Below are positions 51,548 to 62,896 of a DNA stretch of 64,000 nt, piece after piece. The notes beneath the pieces were generated by a model. It was not told where the DNA came from. It worked only from the letters and a program-made list of their open reading frames with translations, and made no database searches. This DNA comes from a virus (taxonomy: Duplodnaviria; Caudoviricetes). Position 1 is the first letter of the stretch. Every line of letters begins with the position of its first letter. The position numbers were made by a program, and so were the translations under genes. The DNA lies in the IMG/VR virus record IMGVR_UViG_2609460227_000001, positions 23,482 to 87,481 of that record. One strand, written 5' to 3'.

Positions 51548-53977
51548 ATGATCGAAGATATTCAATTTAAGCGAATGATTGAGCCAGGCCGGAAACCAAC
51601 TCCGGCCCAAGTTGCAGAAGGCTCATTCGTTATTAACCTGGCAGACCGCCAGATTTACACAAAAGACCACAACGGGAGATTATTTCAGTCGGTGGTGGCG
51701 CTGGTGGCGGTGTACCAGTCGGGACCGTACTGGCATTCACTAAGTTGCCACTCGCAAAAGGTTACTTGCCTTGTGATGGCAGCGAGTTTGACCCAATCCT
51801 TTATCCAGAGCTTTACCGTCACTTAGGCGTCAACACGACGCCAAACATGACCGATAAGTATCTAAAAGGCATTGGTGAGGGCATTTCGCCACTGACAACC
51901 GTGCCATGGATGATCCCGGAACATAGCCACAACGTTTCGGCTAGTGGAACAACCGGAGGCCAAACACTAAACAAGCGTTTTTACTCAAGCAGCGACTCAC
52001 ACAATCACACATTTAGCAGACCAAGAGGTGATAAAGATTACTCTAACGGTGGTTCAAACGGCACTTGGTGGGGGCCATCAGCTAACGTCAAAGTAACCAC
52101 ATCAACAGATACGCATAACCACTATACCGATGTAAATTTCGGCACGCACACGCACTCGTTTTCATTTTCAACCACGTCAGCAGGCATCAAAGAAGCCTTA
52201 AACAAAGGCAACAAACTAGACGTTGACCACGTAACCGTCGTGTTCGGCATCCAGCAACGCCGCAGGTCGATGATCCACTAAAACTCAACGCCGACAAGGT
52301 GGTTGAGGATATGCGCACCATTCAGTCGGAATTTGAAGACTACAAAACCCGCGCATCATTACCGGTTGGTGCTATCGTTCTTTTCCCTAAATTGCCGGTC
52401 CCTGCCGACTTCCTGCCTTGCGACGGCCGCAAATTCGATAAGACGCTATTCGCTGATCTCTATAATTACCTGGGAACGGATACAACACCGGTCTACACGG
52501 CGAAATACGTCAAGATGATCAGTGATACGTTGTCACCGTTACAAACGGTGCCGTGGCAAATCCCCGACCACTCGCACTCAGTTGATGTATCGCATACCCA
52601 CACCGCAACATTCCGAGGAAACCCACTACCAAACCACTATCACCAAACTGGTAATCCATGGTCAAACCTCCATTCCTATAACGTTTCTCGTTTCGGCAAA
52701 GACGTTACTGGCAACGGTTCGGTAGCAACCGAAACGCAAAACTCGCTGCTCGATCGTATCCACGAACAGAAAACAAATCCGCAGGTACACCATCAGGCTC
52801 GGTGTCCGTGACTAACTTTAGCGGGAATAAAGTATCGTCAGGGATCAGAGAGGCCATTAACAAAGGTCAGTCACTAGAAGTTAATCACATCGGTGGTATT
52901 TACGCGATCAAGTGCACTGGGCGCATCGATGACGCCCAACAAATCGCAGCCAAGAACGTGATCGCAACGGTTAACGATTTAACCACCAGCATCGTTAACC
53001 CAAACATTCTAATTAACGGCGGCATGCAGCTATGGCAACGGGCCCTAAACTTTCCCTCACCTGAGTTTGGGACGTACACGGCTGACCGATGGATAGCGGC
53101 AGGTAACGGCTGCAAACAAGAAGTGCGTTACTGGAAGGATGGCCCTGACCGATGGCTCGCCGTGATTGGTGGCTCCAATCAACTTGATGGCTGGTCGCTC
53201 ATCGCCCAGCGTGTTGAGTCTTCACAAGCACGATTACTGATCGGCAAAGAACTGACATTAAGTTTCGATATGTTCGGATCAGAAGGCGCAACATACAACA
53301 AAGCCGTAGCATTCATTGACTATGCCAGCAAAGATAACAATTTTTGGGAACTGGTTAATGGCCAAACATTCGAGCAGCCTTTTGTTTGTGGCGAACGGAA
53401 GCGGCTTGTCTTCAATCTTGGCGTCGTGACAGAAGAAGCATTGAACGGCCTTCAAATCAAACTAGGTGCCTCCGCGCCAGGTAAACAAGAGTCAGAGAAA
53501 AACCTGCTTATCACTAACGTAAAACTGGAAGTTGGGCGCATCGCTACGCCATTTATTGCCGGTGGGTTTGATGACAACTATCAGCAATGCTTACGATATT
53601 TCCAGAAAATCGACATTGGCGTAAACACCTACAAGGGCACACTGTATGGCTCGGCCGGGCAGTCTGCGGGCAATGTTTATGGCGAGTTAATGGCCCTTCC
53701 TCAAATCATGCGCGAATGGCCAACCACGAAATACATTAAAACAAACGGCGAGAGTAATAATTACTGGGTTGTTGTCGGTATCACCCCTCTAACAACGAAC
53801 AACGCTAACGGCTTAACCGTGGAATGCGACGGTAAACACTGGCGATTATTACAGACGCCAGCAACAGCCTTTAAACCATTTCGAGATCCATTCAACGCCA
53901 CTCCCAATACAGTTGAAATGAACCAACAAGGTATCTGGGAGCCTTCATTCCAAATCCAACTAGATGCAGAAATTTAA
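51548..53977 (+). CDS. Distal tail fibre B, paralogue of A (several indels)
   Basis: IQFKRMIEPGRKPTPAQVAEGSFVINLADRQIYTKD; same constant blocks as A, different variable loops; NILINGGMQLWQR..ADRW; ends DAEI. Confidence 0.8.
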
Positions 53978-53986
53978 AAAGGAAAC

Positions 53987-54354
53987 ATGATGTACCGCTT
54001 CACACAAAACAATAACGCTATTACCCACGACGGCATGACAGTGCCGATTGCCATGCTGCACCGTGCTGGCCTTGAATCATTCAAACAGGCATACGAAAAC
54101 GGCGATGTATTACCTTACGAAACAGAATCAGAAGCAAGGAACGCGAATTAGCCATCAAAGCAGGCCGTGAACGCACATGGCGCAATATGGAATTGACGCT
54201 GGTGGACCATGAGATCAACAGAATCATGGATCTTGAGGTGGCCACACAAGAAAGTAAGGCCAAAGAGGGGGAGTTACGGGCATATCGCCGAGCATTACGC
54301 GACTACCCGCAGCAGGCTGAGTTTCCAAACTGCCAGCGACCATCGATTGATTAA
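53987..54354 (+). CDS. Tail fibre assembly chaperone B (indel)
   Basis: ERTWRNMEL..YRRALRDYPQQAEFP..RP. Confidence 0.65.
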
Positions 54355-54372
54355 TCTATCGCTTGTTTTTCA

Positions 54373-54395
54373 AAGGCCGGATTTCCGGCCTTTTT
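54373..54395 (+). terminator. Intrinsic terminator after the fibre operon
   Basis: aaggccgg-attt-ccggcctt-ttt. Confidence 0.7.
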
Positions 54396-54458
54396 ATCCT
54401 AACAATCGATCGAACAGCCGAACAAGTGTTATCATCCTCGCGCCGGAGGTAAGAAAAC

Positions 54459-54790
54459 GTGAAATTCATCATCACGCTTGAGCTGACCATTCTCGTGTCT
54501 GTCCTCGCGATCCTGAGTGGCGTCGGCTCGTACCTCCAAGGGGTGCGAGAAAACCGGCTTAAGGGTGGCGTTATCGACTTTCTAGCAGAGGTCGTTCTGG
54601 CCCTAACAGTAGGCTAGGCATCGCATACACAGGGCACAGCCTGCAATGGAATGAAGCCATGACATGCGCCCTGGTACTCGCATTTGCCAACAATGGGGCC
54701 GATACATTGGCCTGGGCTAAAAAACTAATACGGGAATATTTATCTCGAAAGTTCGGGATAAATGATGACAACAACCAACAACAGAAATAA
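54459..54790 (+). CDS. lydA: Holin LydA (indel)
   Basis: LAILSGVGSYLQGVRE, EVVLALT, ANNG; GGAGG RBS; P1 synteny. Confidence 0.7.
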
Positions 54791-54800
54791 CGGGGCAAAT

Positions 54801-55211
54801 ATGTACCTCACATACACCGGTCTGGCGATCGGCCTAGCTATCATCGATCGCTTTATGCTTGAACGCCGAAAGGTTCACATCGTAGATGTTGAGAAATGTG
54901 AAGACGACGCACGACATATTCGTTTCGCCATGCGATTTCAAACTAAGCACAAGTTACGCGGAAGCCGTGTGAGTTATACGCTGCGTGACAAGAAGGATCC
55001 GACAACTGTCATTAATGGCAAAGAACGCCCGCTTGATTTCTCACACACCGGGGAAAACAACGAATTTTTGCTATTCAACAAAAAGCTACTGACCGAGCCG
55101 GGACGCTGGGTGCTAGACGTAAAAATCACATCGGACGGCTCGCGTATCAATCCGCTATACAAAATCTTCCCTATAGAAACAACATTCACCAAGGAATTTG
55201 AAATTGAGTAA
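54801..55211 (+). CDS. lydB: Antiholin LydB
   Basis: IIDRF, LRDKKDPTTVING..LDFS.GENNEFL, SRINPLYKIFPI. Confidence 0.75.
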   Translation: MYLTYTGLAIGLAIIDRFMLERRKVHIVDVEKCEDDARHIRFAMRFQTKHKLRGSRVSYTLRDKKDPTTVINGKERPLDFSHTGENNEFLLFNKKLLTEPGRWVLDVKITSDGSRINPLYKIFPIETTFTKEFEIE

Positions 55212-55827
55212 GGGCAATGGCCGCCGCCAGACGGCATATACCGTTGTTGATTTCGACAACGTAACAGAGCAAGGCCTAAAGAGCCTATTGGATGACCTAA
55301 AACGCGCCGGTTCGCCGGTATCAGACGTTGAAGCCAATAACCGTAAAGCCAAAAAAGACATGGTGTATGTCAAAAAGGCTAAGTTGTTTTTTGAAAACGG
55401 TCAGACAGCAACGTTATTCATCGGTGATCAGGGCGACATCTATCAGCTAGTCGTGAATGGGAAGAAAACCCCGCTACCGGATGCCAAAAATGAACGCCAG
55501 TTCGCGCAAGGCCTCAATAAGATCTTAGAACGTGGCCAAGAGGCTTTTGATAAGTCACAGCTACGCAAAGCAAAGCAGGTAAAGAACACCTCCACGACAC
55601 AACCAGCCAGCCGCAGCCTAAAGAAGCGAGCAGAAGAAGCCCGTCAGCACATTGCCACACTGCAGCAAAACAAAACTGACATGGACGCCGCCCTATCTTC
55701 CGCACAGGCAGAAAAATCGACTAGCCAGGATCAGGTTAACAAACTGACCGCCACGCTAGAGGCCGAAAAACAAGAAACCAAAGATCTGAAACAGCAGATT
55801 GATAACATGCAGGAGTCAATGCACTAA
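55198..55827 (+). CDS. hdf: Hdf, DarA-like antirestriction accessory protein
   Basis: YTVVDFDNVTEQGLKSL, GDIYQL.VNGK, coiled-coil C-terminus. Confidence 0.8.
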   Translation: MKLSKGNGRRQTAYTVVDFDNVTEQGLKSLLDDLKRAGSPVSDVEANNRKAKKDMVYVKKAKLFFENGQTATLFIGDQGDIYQLVVNGKKTPLPDAKNERQFAQGLNKILERGQEAFDKSQLRKAKQVKNTSTTQPASRSLKKRAEEARQHIATLQQNKTDMDAALSSAQAEKSTSQDQVNKLTATLEAEKQETKDLKQQIDNMQESMH

Positions 55828-58800
55828 TGGCTGTACCATTCAATCGCTACCGTGCAATCCGCGTAGTAAACAAAATCGACCACATGGCCAAAGGGATCCC
55901 TGACGAGGTTTTCGAGTCATTACAAGAGGGTGAACTAGCCGACCTATTGCTCGAATCCGTTACCCTGGAAGACATCGAAAACACGTTGTGTTTTGGTATG
56001 GCCACCACCCAAGACATCATGCTAGAGGCGATTTCCGCCAAGAAAGCCCGCCTATTGGGTACCATGCAGGCATTCACCCGCGCACTAAATACGTCACTAG
56101 CCGGCACCAATATCACTGCAGACAAAGATATTGAGATCAGCAAACCACGTAAGAGCGGCACCGTCGCTGTTATCACTGCAAAGATCAACCTATCTGATGG
56201 CCAGAGTATTTCCGTCGTGTTCCACGCGCCAGATAACGATCCAATGGTTATCAAAGACCAGGACACGCTGATCGCCTTCCGCTTCCTGCTTAACGCACGC
56301 GACGTAACACACTCAGTAGCACCGTCTGGTGGTAATGAGGTATCACTAAAGCAGGTAACAACCGCGCTATCTAATCTAGCCGAACGTAACAGCGCAAAGT
56401 TTGTGGCCAAGCAGACAGAAAACACCGGTTTAAAACAAGAAATCGACCAGGCAGCACAGCTATCTGAGCAATTGGAAGAAGAACTGCGATCCACCAGCGA
56501 CACGATCGAACAAGTAAAAGCGGATACCGAAGACCTCAACAGCAAGATCCAATCACTACAAAGCCGTATTGATCGTGAGAATGCCCTGCAGGAGAAGCTA
56601 CGTTCACAGCTTGACGGCATGAAAGTGGCCCAAACCAAAGGAACGACAGATACCGGCGATTTCATGAATCACGTATCTGGCATGGATATTCTTAAGGTCG
56701 AAGCACTACAGGCTATCGGTTACACGTTCAGCTATGACGATGAAAAGGGCTATAGCATTACAACGCCTGACGGTAAAACCACGGTCAACCGGATGTATGC
56801 AGACTTTATTACGCAAGTTGATTACCTCGACGATAAACGCCTAGCAGCCGCAACCACAGCCCAAAGCGCACAGTCTGGCCACCCGGCAAATCAAATGGAC
56901 CTGCGTAACTACAACCCACCAGCAAAACCAACTAACGGCAATTCATTTAGCAAAATGAAGGCGAGTGATATTGCTAAAGGTCCATACACGATCAAATGGG
57001 GCAACACAGATACCGCCGTTGTGACATTGCTTGATGACGGCCGCTATCAGCTAGACCTATCAATCGATAATGGCCTGCAAACGGATACCGCGTATTTCGA
57101 TAATTTCCGCCAGCTAAAAAATACAGCCAGCAAGAAATACGATGAGCTTTATGATGACCACATGAGCAACCTTAACGCGAACCGATACACGGAAGATGAG
57201 CTAAACCGTGCGGCCAATGCTGGTGGTTCAGATACAAATGGACACAGCCTATCGCCAGAACAGCGTAAGGCGGCACTGGAAAAAATCTGGAAGAAAAAGC
57301 ACAAGGACTTCAAATCAGGCCGTGGTGACAAGCGTACAATCATGGTAAATGGTTCCATTGTTGGTGCCGGTGCAGGTTCAACCATTGTTCCACTTAACAG
57401 CCTAAGCGATGATGAGATCGCCAAACTGCTAAATACCACCGTTGGCGAGCTATCCGGCGCCGTCGCCGGTGTGCAGATTGACCCAAGCATTCCTAAAGGC
57501 AATTCAGTGGCTACAGCCATGGCGGCCGTTGAGGCGGAAGGTAAACGCCAGAGTTTCGATAACGTCATGAAGCACATTCCTGACAGCCCAGCTAAGGCCG
57601 CGATCAAGGAAGCCGTTAGTGATGCCACACCGAAGTATGGGTTTTACCCGTCAATGACCTCGGGATTTGACGAGGCATTACAAATCCTGCTCGATAACAA
57701 TGTCACTGACCATGACACCCTAATGGCCAGCATGTATGACTTCCATAAATTTGGCTATTTGCCTGCAGACTCACGTTCGGCGCGAGCTAACCGTGAACTG
57801 GCCATTGAGAAGCAAAAAGAGCTATCTGACACCATGCGCATTGCGGCCCACCGCAAAACCGATGAACCGTATCGGCTGCAATGAAGATGGCCATTGAGGA
57901 ACTACCGAAATTCCACGCGAAGGCAGGCAGTAACCTTTTATCATTGGTGAATGAAGCGAACGCCGCCATGGCTGGATCGAAAACGGCCGCAGTTGAGTTT
58001 CTTGAAGGTTATAACCGCGTACTCGGCTCAATGGAAATGATCGGCTACGGAGATAGCGCACCGGCTAAAGCAGTACCGGCCCAATCCACCGCACCAGCAC
58101 CAACACCAGCGCCGACACCAGCACCAGCGAAAGAACCAGAGAAAACTATTATCCCGGTAGGTGGATCTTTTGAGTTTGGGGGCGGCACTTTCCGTTACGT
58201 TGGTATGGTAGGTAATGACCATATTAAGGTTTACGATGAAGATGACCGTGAAGAACATGTGATCGGCCGCAATCAGCCTATGACTAATCAGCTAGTGTTC
58301 GCTGGCTTTAATGATGGCGTCAAAGAGAAAGAAGCCGAAGATAATGCCAATGCTGTCATTGGCGGCCTAGACCTATCAGCATTTATCGAAATGCTCCGTG
58401 GCAAGCCATATATGTCATTCGATGGCCAGGATGCGATCTACGATGCTTTGCGAGAAGCGGGATACAATACAACCGATGCCATGACGATTGCGAAGAAGGC
58501 CCGTACCGACTTCAACATGGGTAAAGAAACGGCGATTCAATACACCGCACCAGAAGAACCAAAACTGTATTGGTATGGTATGCGCACGCGTCCGTTTGGT
58601 ATCGCCTCTCAGCCTGATGGCCATGCAGCCTACAAGGACCAGGAAGAAGCGGCCAAGATGTTCCCTGATGCGCCCGAGCAAGCTATCCGTTTTGGTATCG
58701 TAGGCTATCCATCGCCACTATCTGAGCGCGACATTTCTCATTACAGCCTTACCGACATGCAAGCCAAGCCAGTAACCGGTGATGAGGACTATGCAAACGC

Positions 58801-60180
58801 AGCGTTAGAAGATGCCGTTGCCGCTTACATGAAGGCGGCTGGTATTCGTCAAATGAATCCAAGTTTTGCGCAGCAGATCATCGACTCTTATAAGTTGGGT
58901 GCAGGCTCAAACCGTACACACCTACAATCAAGCCTCCTGGGTAAATACCTGAAAGAAGACTTTTTCTATCAAAATCGTAAGACCAATCCTGATGATTATG
59001 AGATTTGGCGTGAATCCCTAGACCTGATCTCAGAGAAAAAGCTAACTGACTACCTGGATTCGATCACGGTACGTCAAACCACGGCGTCAGGCATGGATAA
59101 GAGCATGGCGCGAGAAGTTACCGGGGAACTAAACAAGATTGCTAGTGAGACCGGGTGGCTTATCACAATGAAGGAGGCCAAGGCCCGCATTCAGAAGATC
59201 CTGGATACACATGACATCATTGCAAAAGACATGCTAAAGCGAGCATTAGCGACACGCCGTAAATCTGAGTTCAAAGAGCTTGTTGATAAGGCGGCTGGCA
59301 TTATGCGCGTATCATTAGGCAATGATGACTATTTTGTACCAACCGCTCCGAACCCATTCAATGAGCTAACGCCAGAACAGAAACAGATCATCAACCAGGC
59401 CATCCGTCTTGGTGCGGCAATTACCGTAACAAGAGAGCACGACGGAAGTGCTGTAATTAATGCCGACATTGAAGGCGAGAAATCGAAGGTTTACCTAAGT
59501 GACGATCTTGATGTAGAGAACTTTTTCTCAAAACTCGAAGATTGGATCGAAGATGATGAAGGCCGAGAAAAACGCACTCGCATTCGTGAACTATCAGCGT
59601 TCGTCAAAGGCGCTCGCATGCCAAAAGGCTGGAATCTAAATAAGAGTGACCTAGAGAATGGTGATTCCTATGCGGCCGTATATATCGAGACGCCGTTCTA
59701 TGCTGTAACGGAAGATGAATCAGCGTATTTCCGTATTGGCTATGTGAACGGTGATTTTGAACTTCAATACAACGAAGCAAGCAAGATCAGCAGCATCAAG
59801 TCCGTATCAGAAGCAGTGAAAATCCTCACTGAACAAATGATCGATGGCTCACTTGACACTATCAGCGATTACATCGATAGCAACATGCGTGATGATGATA
59901 AATTGTCACCGGCTGGCATGATTTACTGAATCAATACCAGGAACAACACGGCATTACAGAACAGCCAGAGGGTGATCCAGCATTGGACAATGCAATCCAG
60001 ACAATCAAAGAGCTAATCGATAGCGAGGGTATGGCCTCCGTTGATTATCTTCCTAAATTGGAAGAAGCCTTTGCCGCTATCGAGCGTGCTGACAAGGTGG
60101 ACGAATACGAGCCACTTATGAATGAAGCAGCCGATAAACTTAACGATATTTTAGATATGGAAGCACAGGCAGAGGCATAA
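55827..60180 (+). CDS. darA: Enlarged DarA (defence against restriction A) polyvalent virion protein, about 1450 aa when indels near 57867 and 59920 are joined
   Basis: MLEAI, LSDGQSISVVFHAP, AFRFLLN.RDVTH.VAP, LAERNSAKF N-domain; YGMRTRPFG..P..FGIV.Y..PL domain; NEAADKL C-terminus. Confidence 0.8.
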
Positions 60181-60223
60181 GGTAACGGGCCAGTTTTATA
60201 GCTGGCCCTGTCCTAACATCATT

Positions 60224-61410
60224 ATGAGTCCTATTGAAAAAATTAAACTGCAACGACAGCTTGTTGATATTCGCCAGTCTATTTCTACTGAGCAAAACCC
60301 ACTAAAAAAATGGCCATGCTCCGGGACCGTCTAAAGCTACATAACCTGCTCGGGATTGGTAAGAAAAAGGCCGCTGGTGGCGATTTAACAACGCTTGAAG
60401 GCATGCAGAGTTATGGCAGCAACAAGCTATCAGAGCTATTGGGCGTCAAAGGCGATCTAAGAGCTGACAGCCAAGCCGCTTATCAAAACATGGTTAAAGA
60501 CATAACCAAGAGCAGTAGCTTTTATCTCGCAGTGGTTAAAGATTACCAGGATGTCAATCTCACCCCGCCAGATGATGAAGCGACAGCCTATATTGCCGGG
60601 GTACTGGAAAATACAAACCTACGCGGCGCATTTGACTGCACCCTAATCGGCCGTCACACCTACAACCTGCTCAAACAGGCGAATGACAAGTTATTCACCG
60701 AACGCGGGAAAATTGTTGTTGAGCATGTTCAGCGACTTATCGATGAGTCGCCTATAAGCCATTCTGAGGCGATGAAGGCCGTAAATGGTGTATCGGTATC
60801 AGATGAGGTCACTCAGCAGATTCAGCGCCAGAGGAAGGGCGATTATCGCGGTAAATTTGCCATGCAATCGCTAAAACTTGAATTGGCTAACATCTACCGC
60901 CTAACCAATGGCCTAGCGTTACCTGACATGCTGGTGAAAACCGATCCACGCGCATGCCATTACAATGAATACACCAAGGGTAAAAGCGCAATTAACGTCG
61001 GTTCAGGCCTGACAAAACAAGTTCTTTGGCATGAGGTAGCGCACCGCCTGGAATACGTATCTCAAGATGTCCTGGATGCCAGCAAATCATTCCTTTCTGA
61101 GCGATTGAAGCAGGCAGAAGCGGAAGGCAAAGGGATCCGCCGACTTAAAGACCTTTACCCGCGTTCTAAATACAAACGAAACGAGATCACTATCGACGAT
61201 AGCGCATTCTCGGCCTACGTCACCAAGCTATACACAAAAGACTCAAACTTGCCGATTGGCCCTAACAACATCCGTTCAAGTGAGGTTGTATCTATGGGTA
61301 TTGAGTGCCTTGCGTCACCATCAGCAGCCGGTGCCGCCCTGGCAACAGACCCGGACCATATCGCATACATGTTGGGCCTAATCAAACGACTACAGAGCAG
61401 TAATAAATGA
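60224..61410 (+). CDS. ddrB: DdrB-like zincin metallopeptidase (indel in A-run near 60308)
   Basis: LWHEVAHRLEY (HExxH) and SEVVSMG; ELANIYRLTNG; synteny after darA. Confidence 0.7.
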
Positions 61411-61659
61411 TCACGTTAAAACTGACAGACTTGTTTGTACCACAAGGCTCAGAGCCTAAAACGATAGTGGTCACATTCGACGTTCCTACCATCGATGAGC
61501 CAGCAGCGCCGCAATACATCCAAGGCGAACCGGTTAACTACCAGGCCAGGTAGATCAGTATGGCCATATGCACGACGACATTATCAGTCCAGATTCATTC
61601 GCTCATATCGCTGGCTGCATTGGCTACGAAGTTGAATACGTAAATGAGGGTGTTGAGTA

Positions 61660-62868
61660 ATGGCATTATCACCACTAGAACGAATTAAACTACAGCGCCA
61701 GGTTGTAGACGTTCGCAAACAAATTAAAGAATCAACCAAGCCGCTAGAGAAAATCAAACTCATCAAAGAGCGCATGGCGTTATACCAGCAACTAGGTATC
61801 GGATTGAAGAAACAACCGGCACCAGAAGCACCAGCCGTACAAACAGAGATCGCAAAGTTATCGGTCAAGGCACCGAATAAAAACGTGATCTTTGGTTTCG
61901 ATGGCATCAATGGCGTTAACCATCCATCTTGGGCCAATAAAGGCAGCGATTCATCGCTATACCGCGAGATTATCTATACCGATACTCGGTCAGAGATTGC
62001 CGCCTACGTTGAAATTGACAGTCTGCGTAAAGGCGAAAAACTCAAACCTAACGATGTCTACTTTGGCGATGAATCATTAGCTCAAATCAAAAGGCAAAAA
62101 GTTAACGCTGGTCGATTTGAGCCAACCAAAAGTAAGCGCGAAATTGAACGACTTGAGAATATCGCAGAGCAGGTCGCAGACTATGTAAATGGCATTTTCC
62201 CGCTTGAGTATAAGGGATTCACTATCGACCCAGCAGGTAGCCATTACCTAGTATCCAACCATGTTGGCTCAACAATCACCCCAGCACCATTGGCAGAAGT
62301 GATTGCGAAAATTGATAACGGTGAAATTGAAAAGGCAATCATTGCTCGCAAGCAACAGCTTGAAGATGAGCTGGCAGAAATGCACGCGAACCGCAAAGAC
62401 CGCCAGGCATTATCGATGGCGACAGATGATGATGTTCAATCGGTAATGCACCGTATCCAGAATCCACGTATTCGTGATGATGCGTCAGGTGATGCCATCG
62501 ACTTAACACCAGCAATCAATGCGATGGCTGCGTTGAATGAGCGAAAAGTAAAACTGACAGCAGATCAGGCAGAGGCCATCGAGAATGAGATTAAGAGCTA
62601 TGGCCGACATAATTTCACTCATGCGATGCGCTTAGAACTTGCTGACAATGACAAGCTGACCTTTGGCGGTACCAATACGCAGGCTGATACGGATAACAGT
62701 ACCAATGCTATGTTTGAGAAATATCGAGAAGGTGCCTTTAATGGCGAGGAACCGGAGCAATTCAAACGAGTGATGCACCAGGTGTATGATCTCGGCATGC
62801 CGGTCACTGAGGTTTCTGACGGCATGGTTAGTTGGTTCAAAGCGAACCCTGACCAATTGGCCGCTTAA
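61660..62868 (+). CDS. Hxr-like virion protein with a large internal domain
   Basis: Leader shared with ddrB; C-terminal ..GAF..W..AN..AA resembles the P1 Hxr end; synteny. Confidence 0.5.
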   Translation: MALSPLERIKLQRQVVDVRKQIKESTKPLEKIKLIKERMALYQQLGIGLKKQPAPEAPAVQTEIAKLSVKAPNKNVIFGFDGINGVNHPSWANKGSDSSLYREIIYTDTRSEIAAYVEIDSLRKGEKLKPNDVYFGDESLAQIKRQKVNAGRFEPTKSKREIERLENIAEQVADYVNGIFPLEYKGFTIDPAGSHYLVSNHVGSTITPAPLAEVIAKIDNGEIEKAIIARKQQLEDELAEMHANRKDRQALSMATDDDVQSVMHRIQNPRIRDDASGDAIDLTPAINAMAALNERKVKLTADQAEAIENEIKSYGRHNFTHAMRLELADNDKLTFGGTNTQADTDNSTNAMFEKYREGAFNGEEPEQFKRVMHQVYDLGMPVTEVSDGMVSWFKANPDQLAA

Positions 62869-62869
62869 T

Positions 62870-62896
62870 AAAAAAGCCCGCGTTCTGCGGGCTTTT
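62870..62896. terminator. Bidirectional terminator
   Basis: aaaaaagcccgc-gttct-gcgggctttt between convergent genes. Confidence 0.8.

Noticed and set aside
49521-52260. Identical frameshift (atccag^caacg) in both distal fibre genes as a programmed event
   Set aside because: Restoring one G (CCAGG) gives a continuous GIQATPQVDDPL in both copies. The same CCAG(G) loss appears at about 48808 and 13120, so a systematic base-calling error is more likely.
48772-53977. Diversity-generating retroelement acting on the fibres
   Set aside because: No reverse transcriptase in the window, and differences between copies are whole-loop replacements rather than adenine-specific substitutions.
55847-56665. 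Long antisense ORFs (e.g. 55847-56665, 2526-3104, 42261-42767, 57149-57628)
   Set aside because: They are shadows of well-supported plus-strand genes, with no RBS or recognisable motifs.
1229-60320. Dozens of frameshifted genes as pseudogenes or a decaying prophage
   Set aside because: The breaks I examined are single-base losses, often in homopolymers or GG/CCAGG contexts, and hit essential and accessory genes alike with no obvious nonsense decay. This is the pattern of unpolished long-read error and needs short-read confirmation.
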